Notes: generated from the letters alone by a model not told the origin. A DNA stretch of 53,128 nt from Pseudomonadota bacterium (GCA_021845885.1 JAJZVB010000002.1:1-53128); one strand, 5' to 3'; counted from the first letter of the stretch, positions 17,525-26,410 are shown. A program made the numbers and translations.

Positions 17525-19653
17525 GCCGCTTCCCCGTCCATCTGCCTTGCCTGGGCCTGGTAGAGCCTGTGATAAGCGCCTTCTTTTGCGATCAGGTCGT
17601 CGTGGCTGCCGATTTCGACAATTTCCCCCCTATCCATCACCACCAGCCGATCGGCGCGGCGCAAGGTCGAAAGTCTGTGCGCAATGGCGATGGTGGTGCG
17701 GCCCCTGATGAGATTCTCGAGCGCTTCCTGGATTTCCAGCTCGGTTTCGGTGTCGACCGATGAAGTCGCTTCGTCCAGGATCAGGATGCGCGGATCGATG
17801 AGCAGCGCGCGGGCGATGGAGATGCGCTGGCGTTCTCCGCCGGAGAGGGATTGGCCGCGCTCCCCGACCAGGGAATCGTATCCCAAGGGCAGGCGAAGGA
17901 TGAATTCATGGGCATGAGCGGCCCGGGCAGCGGCCACGATTTCCGCCTTCGAGGCGTCGGGCTTTCCATAGGCGATGTTTTCGGCGATCGTACCGAAGAA
18001 CAGGAAGGGCTCCTGGAGCACGAGCCCGATGTTGCGGCGGTATTGCGCAAGGGAAAGGGAGCGGATATCCAGTCCGTCGACCAGGATTTCGCCCTCAAGA
18101 GGGTCGTAGAACCGGCAGATCAGGTTGACGAGCGTGCTCTTTCCCGACCCGCTGTGCCCGACGAGCCCGATCATCTCTCCCGGGGAAATGGAAAGATTCA
18201 CGCCCCTCAATATGGGCCTCTGGCCATAGCGGAATGCGGCCTTCCTGATCTCTATGGCCCCTTCGATTCTGCCGATCGGCAAGGGATTCGACGGTTCCGG
18301 CACGCTGGAAGCATGGTCGAGTATGTCGAAGATGCGTTTCGCCCCTGCGGCCGCCTTCTGCGTGACGGATACGATGCGGCTCATCGAATCGAGGCGTGTG
18401 TAGAAACGGGTGATGTAGGCGAGGAAGGCGGTCAGCATGCCTACGGTGATCGTTTTCCTGGACACTTCCCATATGCCGAAGGCCCAGACCACGAGCAGGC
18501 CGATTTCGGTGAGTAGCGTCACGCTCGGCCCGAATAGCGACCATACCGTGTTCACCTTGTCGTTCACCTCGAGATTGTGGGCATTGGCATGCTTGAATCG
18601 GGCCACTTCCCTCGCTTCCTGGGCGAAAGCCTTGACCACCCTGATTCCCGGAATGGTGTCGGCAAGCACGTTGGTGATTTCGGACCAGACCCTGTCGGAC
18701 TGCTCGAAGCCGTGTTTGAGCCTGTCGCGGACGTAATGGATCATCCAGGCGATGAAGGGAAGCGGCAGGAGCGTCACCACGGCGAGCCATGGATTGATGG
18801 AAAGCAGGATGGCTGCAGTCATGGCGATCATCAAAAGATCGGTTGCGAAATCGAGGAGATGGAGCGACAGGAAGACGTTGATCCGGTCCGTCTCGGAGCC
18901 TATCCTCGCGATCAGGTCGCCTGTTCTTTTTCCGCCGAAATATTCCAGGGAAAGGCTCTGCAGGTGTCTGAAGGTTTCCACCCTCAAATCGGCGCCGATG
19001 CGCTCCGACACCCTGGCGAGCAAATAGGTCCTGGCCCAGCCCAGGATCCATGCGGCCAGGGCGGCCATGAAGAGGCCTGACAAATACAAGGCGACCCTAC
19101 TCTTGTCTATCGGAATGCCGTTCTGGAAGGGAATCAGCACCTTGTCCATCAGCGGCATGGTGAGATAGGGCGGAACCATGGCTGCGGCCGTGGAGGCGAG
19201 CGTGAGCAGGAAGCCGGTGAAAAGTTCCCTACGATACGGCTTTGCGAACCGCCTCAGGCGAAACAGCGTCCAGCTCGGAGGCTGGGCTTCCTCTTCTGAC
19301 CCCTCAATGTCGATACGCGCTTCTTCTTCAATGCCGCGGAAGCAATCGAGAAGGCGTTTCGCTGCGGCGTCGCGGTCCAGGGTGTAGCGCCATGCGGCGA
19401 GCAGTCTGTCGCTGCGCAATTCGATGCGCCCGACCCCGCCATGCTCTTCTTTGACGAGTTCCAGACCTGTCCTTCCCCAGTCCTGCCATTGCCCGGAAGG
19501 GTCGAGGCCGATCAGGCGCCTGTCGGTAAGGAAAAGGAAGCTCGAGGAAAATCTCAGCGCATCGTCCAGATTCGATTCGAGCGAGGCCATGAGCTTTTCT
19601 CCCGGTTCGAGCGGGGCCTCGATCAGTGCCTCTTTTGAAGGAATGTCCTGCAT
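17521..19653 (-). CDS. ABC exporter (fused TMD-NBD) with an N-terminal cytoplasmic extension; cyanophycin-locus-associated type
   Basis: Multiple TM helices, Walker A GHSGSGKS, signature LSGGERQR, Walker B ILILDEATS and AHRLST. Start is ATG 19653 or ATG 19698. Confidence 0.92.
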   Translation of the reverse strand: MQDIPSKEALIEAPLEPGEKLMASLESNLDDALRFSSSFLFLTDRRLIGLDPSGQWQDWGRTGLELVKEEHGGVGRIELRSDRLLAAWRYTLDRDAAAKRLLDCFRGIEEEARIDIEGSEEEAQPPSWTLFRLRRFAKPYRRELFTGFLLTLASTAAAMVPPYLTMPLMDKVLIPFQNGIPIDKSRVALYLSGLFMAALAAWILGWARTYLLARVSERIGADLRVETFRHLQSLSLEYFGGKRTGDLIARIGSETDRINVFLSLHLLDFATDLLMIAMTAAILLSINPWLAVVTLLPLPFIAWMIHYVRDRLKHGFEQSDRVWSEITNVLADTIPGIRVVKAFAQEAREVARFKHANAHNLEVNDKVNTVWSLFGPSVTLLTEIGLLVVWAFGIWEVSRKTITVGMLTAFLAYITRFYTRLDSMSRIVSVTQKAAAGAKRIFDILDHASSVPEPSNPLPIGRIEGAIEIRKAAFRYGQRPILRGVNLSISPGEMIGLVGHSGSGKSTLVNLICRFYDPLEGEILVDGLDIRSLSLAQYRRNIGLVLQEPFLFFGTIAENIAYGKPDASKAEIVAAARAAHAHEFILRLPLGYDSLVGERGQSLSGGERQRISIARALLIDPRILILDEATSSVDTETELEIQEALENLIRGRTTIAIAHRLSTLRRADRLVVMDRGEIVEIGSHDDLIAKEGAYHRLYQAQARQMDGEAA

Positions 19654-19689
19654 GCGCGCAGTATACCCCAAGCCGCGCAATAATCCCCC

Positions 19690-19851
19690 TGTCTCCATTT
19701 TGAGACAAATAATTATATTGAAAATCAGAATGTTATTTTTATTGTTCGGGGATCTGTCTCCCGCTGGCGACGTTCCGGACTGGAATTATTCCAGAAAGTC
19801 ATTTTTATTCTTTTTAAATCATTGAGTTGATTATGTGGCATGATATTTGCT
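19690..19851 (+). promoter_or_regulatory. Sigma-54 promoter with putative enhancer and IHF site upstream of cphA
   Basis: TGGCATGATATTTGCT at 19836-19851 (GG-N10-GC). Palindrome TGTCTC-N6-GAGACA at 19690-19707. IHF-like AATCATTGAGTTG at 19817-19829. Confidence 0.75.
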
Positions 19852-19882
19852 TTTATATGTGTTTCCAACACCGATCGGTCAT

Positions 19883-22015
19883 ATGCGCGACATCGAAATC
19901 CTCAGGATTCATCATCTCAAGGGGCCCAATATCTGGACCTACCGTCCCGTGCTTGAGGCCTGGGTCGATATCGGCGAACTGGAGGACTGCCCTTCCAATA
20001 CCATAGCAGGCTTTTATGAAAGGCTGGTCTCCTGGCTGCCCACGCTCGAGGAACATCGCTGCAGCTATGGGGTCAGGGGAGGATTTCTTCGCCGGGTCAG
20101 GGAAGGCACCTGGCCCGCCCATATCCTCGAGCATGTCACGCTGGAATTGCAAAGCCTCGCGGGTTTCCCGGGCGGCTTCGGCAAGGCGAGGGAAACCTCG
20201 AAGCGGGGCGTCTACAAGGTGGTGGTGCGCGCCCATCAGGAAGCGCTCACGCGGGCCTGCCTCCTTGCTGCAAGGGACCTCGTCATGGCTGCCATGGAGG
20301 ACAGGCCATTTGAGGTGGCTGCCGTGGTCAAAACATTGCGGCGCGTGGCCGATTCGTATTGCCTCGGGCCCAGCACCGCCTGCATCGTGGATGCGGCAGA
20401 CGACCGGGACATCCCGGCGATCCGCCTGAACGAAGGCAATCTGGTTCAGCTCGGCTATGGCGCCAGGAGCCGCAGGATCTGGACGGCGGAAAGCGATGCC
20501 ACCTCGGCCATCGCCGAAGGCATTTCAAGGGACAAGGATCTCACCAAGAGCTTGCTCGAATCATGCGGCGTTCCCGTTCCGGAAGGGAGACTGGCTGCTT
20601 CCTCGGAAGAGGCGTGGGAAGTGGCCGAAGCCATCGGCCTGCCCGTCGTCGTCAAGCCCACGGACGGCAATCACGGACGAGGCGTCTTCACCAACCTGCA
20701 GACAAGGGAAGAAATTGAAACCGCGTTTGAAGTGGCCGTCGGGGAAGGCAGCGGGGTCATCGTGGAGCGCTCCATTCCGGGCATCGAGCACCGCCTCCTC
20801 GTCGTGGGTGGAAAGCTGGTGGCTGCGGCAAAGGGGGAGGAAGTATTCGTGACCGGGGACGGGGTTTCCTCCGTTTCCGAACTGATCGAGCTCCAGGTCA
20901 ACAGCAGTTCCTTGCGCGGCGGCTCGGAAGACCATCCGCTCAATCCCGTCAGGCTGGACACGGCGGCCAGGATGGAGCTGAAGCGGCAGGGCTACGGCGC
21001 GGAATCGGTCATTCCTGAAGGCGTGCAGGTGCTCGTGCAGCGCAACGGAAGCGTCTGCTTCGACGTGACCGAAAGCGTTCATCCCGAAAATGCGGCCATT
21101 GCTGAACTCGCAGCCAGAGTCGTCGGGCTCGACATCGCGGGAATCGATCTGCTTGCGGAAGACATTTCGAGGCCCCTCAGGGAGCAGCATGGCGCGATCG
21201 TCGAAGTCAATGCGGGGCCCGGGCTCCTCATGCATCTGAAGCCCGCGATAGGCGCGCCCAGGCCGGTCGGGAAAGCCATCGTCGGCAGCCTTTTCGACAA
21301 GGGCGAATCGGGAAGGATTCCGATCGTCGGGATTACGGGAACCGGGGACAACAGTTCGACCGCCATGCAGATCGCCCGGCTTTTCCATCTCGAAGGGAAA
21401 AATGCAGGGCTCGCCTGCAGCGGAGGGCTTTATCTCGGAAAAAGGCGGATATCGAATCAGGCCGGATGGGCGGATTCCCGGAAGATCCTGATGAACAGGA
21501 ATGTCGAGGCCGCCGTATTCGAGAACGGCCCGCTTGTCCTGCTCGAAGAAGGACTCCCCTACGACCGCTGCCAGGTCGGCATCGTCACGGGCATCGCGCC
21601 GGGATCGAAAGTCGAGGCATTCGACATCCTGGACGAGGAGAAAATGGCCGGCGTGCTGCGCACCCAGGTCGACGTGGTGCTTGCGGAAGGGGCGGCCGTG
21701 CTCAATGCTGACGACGAGCGGGTCGTTGAAATGGCGAAATATTGTGACGGGGAGGTGATTTATTATGCCTCGGGACCGGGAAAGGTCAGTGCCCACATCG
21801 AGGCGGGGCACCGCGCCGTTTTTCTGCGCGGACGCTACCTGTTCCTCGCGCATGGGGGGGGCGAAACCAGGCTGATGCAGGGCGGCATCGGGCTGCTTCC
21901 TGCGGCTGCCGCAGCCGTCGCCCTGGGTTTCGATATTGAACTCATCAAAAATGGACTGGGAACATTCGACTGTGCCGATGCGGCCGAAATGAAAAGGAAT
22001 GCGGAATGCAATTAA
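19883..22015 (+). CDS. cphA: Cyanophycin synthetase paralogue CphA' (intact N-domain hydrolase motif; degenerate, truncated Mur-ligase domain)
   Basis: GPNIWTYRP, HRCSYG...HILEHVTLELQ, LGPST, LVQLGYG, VVKPTDGNHGRGV and EVNAGPGL. P-loop replaced by GTGDNSST; no C-terminal lid. Confidence 0.9.
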   Translation: MRDIEILRIHHLKGPNIWTYRPVLEAWVDIGELEDCPSNTIAGFYERLVSWLPTLEEHRCSYGVRGGFLRRVREGTWPAHILEHVTLELQSLAGFPGGFGKARETSKRGVYKVVVRAHQEALTRACLLAARDLVMAAMEDRPFEVAAVVKTLRRVADSYCLGPSTACIVDAADDRDIPAIRLNEGNLVQLGYGARSRRIWTAESDATSAIAEGISRDKDLTKSLLESCGVPVPEGRLAASSEEAWEVAEAIGLPVVVKPTDGNHGRGVFTNLQTREEIETAFEVAVGEGSGVIVERSIPGIEHRLLVVGGKLVAAAKGEEVFVTGDGVSSVSELIELQVNSSSLRGGSEDHPLNPVRLDTAARMELKRQGYGAESVIPEGVQVLVQRNGSVCFDVTESVHPENAAIAELAARVVGLDIAGIDLLAEDISRPLREQHGAIVEVNAGPGLLMHLKPAIGAPRPVGKAIVGSLFDKGESGRIPIVGITGTGDNSSTAMQIARLFHLEGKNAGLACSGGLYLGKRRISNQAGWADSRKILMNRNVEAAVFENGPLVLLEEGLPYDRCQVGIVTGIAPGSKVEAFDILDEEKMAGVLRTQVDVVLAEGAAVLNADDERVVEMAKYCDGEVIYYASGPGKVSAHIEAGHRAVFLRGRYLFLAHGGGETRLMQGGIGLLPAAAAAVALGFDIELIKNGLGTFDCADAAEMKRNAECN

Positions 22016-24564
22016 AGCGTATCAGGGCCCTGAGGGGCCCCAATCTTTGGACGAGACATACCGCGCTGGAAGCCTTGGTTTCTTGTCATGAAAAGCCCGA
22101 TGCGGGTTTCAATGTCAGGTTCGGCGCCGTTTTCCCCGAAATGGGGCAACCCGGGAGCTTCGCCCATGCATTGACGCATGCAGCGCTCGAGCTCCAGGTT
22201 CTGGCGGGATGTCAGGTGGCCTTCAGCTGCACGATGGCCATGCCCGAACCGGGTACTCATCTTTCCGTGGTTGAATATGGCGAGGAGGAAGTCGGCAGGC
22301 TGGCTTTCGAGCTCGCCGAGGCATTGTGCAGGTCGGCCCTGAATAATGAGGCTTTCGATCTTCAGGAGGCCCTGGCGAGGATCAGGGATCTCGATGAGGA
22401 TTCGAGGATCGGCCCCAGCACGGGTTCCATAGTCCAGGCGGCGATCGACCGGGAAATCCCCTGGCGCAGGCTGACGCGAGGCTCCCTCGTCCAGTTCGGA
22501 TGGGGAAGCCGCCAGAGGCGCATCCAGGCGGCCGAAACAGACCGCTGCGGGGCGATTGCGGAATCCATCGCCCAGGACAAGGATCTCGCCAAGATGCTGC
22601 TCGATGCGGCAGGCGTTCCGGTGCCTCAGGGCCGTCCCGTCGAGGACGCCGAGGATGCCTGGCTTGCGGCATGCGAAATAGGCGCCCCGGTCGTGGTCAA
22701 GCCCAGAAACGGCAACCAGGGCAAGGGCATCACCGCCAACATTTCGCAAAGGGATGAAGTGTTTTCCGCCTATGATGCCGCTTGCGGGTATGACGACGAA
22801 GTGCTGGTGGAGCGCTATCTTCCGGGATGCGATTATCGCCTTCTGGTGGTGGGAAATGGTATGGTCGCCGCGGCAAGGCGCGATCCACCCCATGTGATCG
22901 GCGACGGAAAAAGAGCCATCAGGGAACTCGTGGAGGCGGTCAACAATGATCCGATGCGAGGGGAAGGGCATGCCACTTCGCTCACCAAAATAAGGCTCGA
23001 CGAAATTGCGCTCGCCACGCTCGCCCGCCAGGGGCTGGAAGCCGATTCGATTCCGGAAGAAGGCAGGAAGGTCGTGCTCAGGAACAATGCCAACCTTTCA
23101 ACGGGCGGCACGGCGACCGACGTCACGCTTGACGTGCATCCCGAAGTCGCAGCCCGCGCGGTCGAGGCGGCGAAGGCGGTCGGGCTCAAGGTCTGCGGCG
23201 TGGACATCGTCTGCGGGAATGTGGGACTGCCGCTCGAAGAGCAGGGCGGCGGCGTCGTCGAAGTGAATGCGGCGCCCGGGTTGCGCATGCATCTCGATCC
23301 TTCCTTCGGGGAAAAGAGGCCGGTGGGAGAAGCCATCATGTCCGAATTGTTCCCTGAGGGAGACGGGCGCATCCCGCTCGTCGCCGTGACGGGAACCAAC
23401 GGTAAAACCACTACGGTCAGGCTCTGCGCCCATCTTCTCGGCAAAAGCGGATTGCGCGTCGGCATGACCAATTCCGACGGCGTCTATATCGGGGGTCAAC
23501 GCATCGACACCGGGGATTGCAGCGGGCCGAAAAGCGCGCGCAACGTGCTGCTGCATCCCGACGTCGATGCCGCCGTTCTGGAAACCGCGAGGGGGGGGCT
23601 GTTGCGGGAAGGGCTCGCCTTCGACCGCTGCGACGTGGCCATCGTCACCAATATCGGCATGGGAGACCATCTGGGTCTGGCCCATATCCATACCGTCGAG
23701 GATCTCGCGGTGGTCAAGCGGGTTATCGTTGAAAATGTTTCGCCCGAAGGCTATGCCGTGCTCAATGCCGACGATCCCCTGGTCGCAGCCATGGCGGAAT
23801 CCTGTCCGGGCTCGGTCCTGTTCTTCTCCAGGAATCCTCATCATCCCCTCATTGCGGCAAGCCGCGTGAGGAGGGAGCGCGTGGTGTTCGCCTCATCCGA
23901 CGGCATTCATGCCGTACAGGGTAAATTCGAGCATCACTTTGCCTGGTCCGAAATCCCGCTCACGAGGGGAGGGGCCGTCCCGTTCCAGATCGAAAACGCG
24001 ATGGCGGCGATTGCGGCGGGATGGGCATTGGGTCTTTCCTGGGAAATCATACAAAACGGACTTTCCTCCTTCAGGAGCGATGCCGCGACAGCTCCCGGGC
24101 GGTTCAATGTGTTCGACTTCCGGGATGCCACCGTGATTGCCGATTACGGACACAATCCCGATGCGATTCTCGCGCTCGTCAAGGCCGTAGAAGCCTTCCC
24201 CGCGAGCCGCAGGACGGTCGTCATCAGCGGGGCGGGGGACAGGCGCGACGAGGATATCGTGAGCCAGACCAGGATGCTCGGTGCGGCCTTCGACGAAGTC
24301 GTGCTCTACCAGGACCAGTGCCAGCGCGGAAGGGCGGACGGGGAAGTGCTGAAGCTCTTGCGGGAAGGATTGGAAAATGCGCCGAGAACGAGGAAGATAG
24401 CCGAGATCAGGGGCGAATTCGCCGCCATCGATCGCGCGCTCGACCGATTGAATCCCGGGGAGCTTTGCCTGATCCTCGTCGATCAGGTGGACGAGGCGCT
24501 TTCCCATATCGGCCTGCGCGTCGAGGAAGCCCTGCGTTTTCCATTGCAGGCGATGGCGTCATGA
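22006..24564 (+). CDS. cphA: Cyanophycin synthetase CphA
   Basis: LRGPNLW, IGPSTGSIV, VVKPRNGNQGKG, ANLSTGG, EVNAAPGLRMH, VTGTNGKTTT, ETARGG, DHLG, PGRFN and DYGHNP. Confidence 0.96.
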   Translation: MQLKRIRALRGPNLWTRHTALEALVSCHEKPDAGFNVRFGAVFPEMGQPGSFAHALTHAALELQVLAGCQVAFSCTMAMPEPGTHLSVVEYGEEEVGRLAFELAEALCRSALNNEAFDLQEALARIRDLDEDSRIGPSTGSIVQAAIDREIPWRRLTRGSLVQFGWGSRQRRIQAAETDRCGAIAESIAQDKDLAKMLLDAAGVPVPQGRPVEDAEDAWLAACEIGAPVVVKPRNGNQGKGITANISQRDEVFSAYDAACGYDDEVLVERYLPGCDYRLLVVGNGMVAAARRDPPHVIGDGKRAIRELVEAVNNDPMRGEGHATSLTKIRLDEIALATLARQGLEADSIPEEGRKVVLRNNANLSTGGTATDVTLDVHPEVAARAVEAAKAVGLKVCGVDIVCGNVGLPLEEQGGGVVEVNAAPGLRMHLDPSFGEKRPVGEAIMSELFPEGDGRIPLVAVTGTNGKTTTVRLCAHLLGKSGLRVGMTNSDGVYIGGQRIDTGDCSGPKSARNVLLHPDVDAAVLETARGGLLREGLAFDRCDVAIVTNIGMGDHLGLAHIHTVEDLAVVKRVIVENVSPEGYAVLNADDPLVAAMAESCPGSVLFFSRNPHHPLIAASRVRRERVVFASSDGIHAVQGKFEHHFAWSEIPLTRGGAVPFQIENAMAAIAAGWALGLSWEIIQNGLSSFRSDAATAPGRFNVFDFRDATVIADYGHNPDAILALVKAVEAFPASRRTVVISGAGDRRDEDIVSQTRMLGAAFDEVVLYQDQCQRGRADGEVLKLLREGLENAPRTRKIAEIRGEFAAIDRALDRLNPGELCLILVDQVDEALSHIGLRVEEALRFPLQAMAS

Positions 24565-24741
24565 GCGTTTCGCAAGATTTTCCCGCCTGCGCTTTTCGGC
24601 CAGATCGAGGACGGCTTTCCTTTCCCCGGCATCCAATTCGTTCCATGCAACGATCTCGGAAAGCGATCTGAAGCAGCCCAGGCAGATGTCGTTCTCGTCC
24701 AGGCAGCAATTCCTGACGCAGGGGGAGGCGACGTCAGCCAT
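24559..24741 (-). CDS. DUF1289 (YdhL-like) small Cys-rich putative Fe-S protein
   Basis: SPCVRNCCLD...CLGCFRSLSEI.AW. Start overlaps the nadB end. Confidence 0.85.
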   Translation of the reverse strand: MADVASPCVRNCCLDENDICLGCFRSLSEIVAWNELDAGERKAVLDLAEKRRRENLAKRS

Positions 24742-26305
24742 GTTTCAGTATGGTGTCATAGGCATCGCTCAACTTTTCAGGATAGTCGCGGCTGTAATGC
24801 AGGCCGCGGCTTTCAGGCCGCAGCATCGCGCTCTTCACGATGAGCTGCGCCGTGAGCACGAGATTCCTGAGCTCCAGGAGATCCTGGCTGATCCTGAAGT
24901 TGGAATAATATTCCTCGATTTCTTCGGTGAGCAGCTTGATCCTGTTTTGCGCGCGCTCAAGGCGCTTCCTGGTGCGCACGATGCCGACATAATTCCACAT
25001 GAAGCGGCGCAATTCCGACCAGTTGTGATGGATCACAATTTCCTCGTCCGCGTCGGTCACGCGGCTTTCGTCCCAGAGGGGAAGCTCGATGCTTTCTCCT
25101 TTTGGTTTTTCCAGGATGTCTCTCGCGGCAGCCTTCGAGAAGACCAGGCATTCCAGGAGCGAGTTGCTGGCGAGACGGTTTGCGCCGTGCAGCCCCGTGC
25201 AGGCCGTCTCGCCTATGGCATAGAGATCCTGGACGTCGGTCCTGCCGGAGAGGTCGGTCATGACTCCGCCGCAAAGATAATGGGCTGCCGGAACGACGGG
25301 AATCGGCTCCTTGGAGATATTGATCCCGAGTTCGAGGCATCTCGAATAAATGGTGGGGAAATGGGTCCTGAGGAATTCCGGGCTTTTCTGCGTCATGTCG
25401 AGATAGACGCATTCGATGCCGCGCTTCTTCATTTCGAAGTCGATGGCGCGGGCGACGATGTCTCGCGGGGCGAGTTCGGCTCGCTCGTCGTGCAGGGGCA
25501 TGAAACGCGTTCCGTCCGGAAGCCTCAGGATCCCGCCTTCCCCCCTCAGCGCCTCCGAAATGAGAAAGGATTTTGCTTTGGGATGATAGAGGCAGGTCGG
25601 ATGGAACTGGATGAATTCCATGTCGGCCACCCTGCAGCCTGCCCGCCATGCGATCGCGACCCCGTCTCCCGTGGAAGTGTCCGGATTCGTGGTGTAAAGA
25701 TAAACTTTTCCCGCCCCGCCGGTTGCGAGCACGGTGTTGTCGGCCGCTATGCTTTTCACCTTGTTTTCCATGCAATCGAGCGCATAGAGACCCAGGCACC
25801 GGTTGTCCTTGAGGCCCACCTTGGATGCAGTGATGAGGTCGATCGCCATGTGGTGCTCGAGCACGATGATGTTCGGGTTTTTCTCCACCTTTTCGATGAG
25901 CGTTTGCTGTACGGCCGCCCCCGTTGCGTCCGCGGCATGGATGATGCGCCTGAAACTGTGCCCGCCTTCCCGGGTGAGATGGAAATGACCGGCTTCTTCG
26001 GGGTCGGCGGTGAAAGGGACGTGCAGGTCGATCAGCCATTGTATGGCCTCCCGCCCTTCCTCCACGACATGCCTCACCACTGCCTCGTTGCAAAGCCCTG
26101 CGCCCGCCACCAGCGTATCGCGGACATGCGATTCGATCGAATCGGCTTCGGAAAGGACCGCTGCGATGCCGCCCTGGGCCATGTAGCTTGCGCCCTCGGC
26201 CAGAGATTTTTTCGTGATCAGGCCGACTTTCTGCCTTTCGCCGAGATGCAGGGCCAGGGAAAGCCCGGCAAGGCCGCTGCCGACGATGAGCGTGTCAAAG
26301 CGCAT
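24734..26305 (-). CDS. nadB: L-aspartate oxidase
   Basis: GSGLAG, AQGGIAAV, REGGHS, QFHPT, SEALRGEG, ELAPRDIVARAI, HGANRLASNSLLE and ESRGLH. Confidence 0.98.
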   Translation of the reverse strand: MRFDTLIVGSGLAGLSLALHLGERQKVGLITKKSLAEGASYMAQGGIAAVLSEADSIESHVRDTLVAGAGLCNEAVVRHVVEEGREAIQWLIDLHVPFTADPEEAGHFHLTREGGHSFRRIIHAADATGAAVQQTLIEKVEKNPNIIVLEHHMAIDLITASKVGLKDNRCLGLYALDCMENKVKSIAADNTVLATGGAGKVYLYTTNPDTSTGDGVAIAWRAGCRVADMEFIQFHPTCLYHPKAKSFLISEALRGEGGILRLPDGTRFMPLHDERAELAPRDIVARAIDFEMKKRGIECVYLDMTQKSPEFLRTHFPTIYSRCLELGINISKEPIPVVPAAHYLCGGVMTDLSGRTDVQDLYAIGETACTGLHGANRLASNSLLECLVFSKAAARDILEKPKGESIELPLWDESRVTDADEEIVIHHNWSELRRFMWNYVGIVRTRKRLERAQNRIKLLTEEIEEYYSNFRISQDLLELRNLVLTAQLIVKSAMLRPESRGLHYSRDYPEKLSDAYDTILKHG

Positions 26306-26382
26306 TCAAATCCTTTGTTATGTTTCTGTCACAAATATATCATGATTGCCGCCGGATTTTTCGAAATAGGCAAGCCTTCCGT

Positions 26383-26410
26383 GAACTAATAACCATGACG
26401 GATTGTCTCT
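26383..26410 (+). promoter_or_regulatory. Putative sigma-E autoregulatory promoter
   Basis: GAACTA-N16-GTCTCT upstream of rpoE, resembling the ECF sigma-E GAACTT...TCT consensus. Confidence 0.55.

Noticed and set aside
19883-22015. cphA' as a decaying pseudogene
   Set aside because: The frame is open for 710 codons, it is the first gene after the promoter, it overlaps cphA, and it selectively retains the N-domain metal motif. This suggests a retained function.
24559-26305. Functional link between nadB (consumes L-Asp) and the adjacent cyanophycin genes (store Asp)
   Set aside because: nadB sits in its usual conserved position divergent from rpoE and converges on cphA, so the adjacency is probably coincidental.
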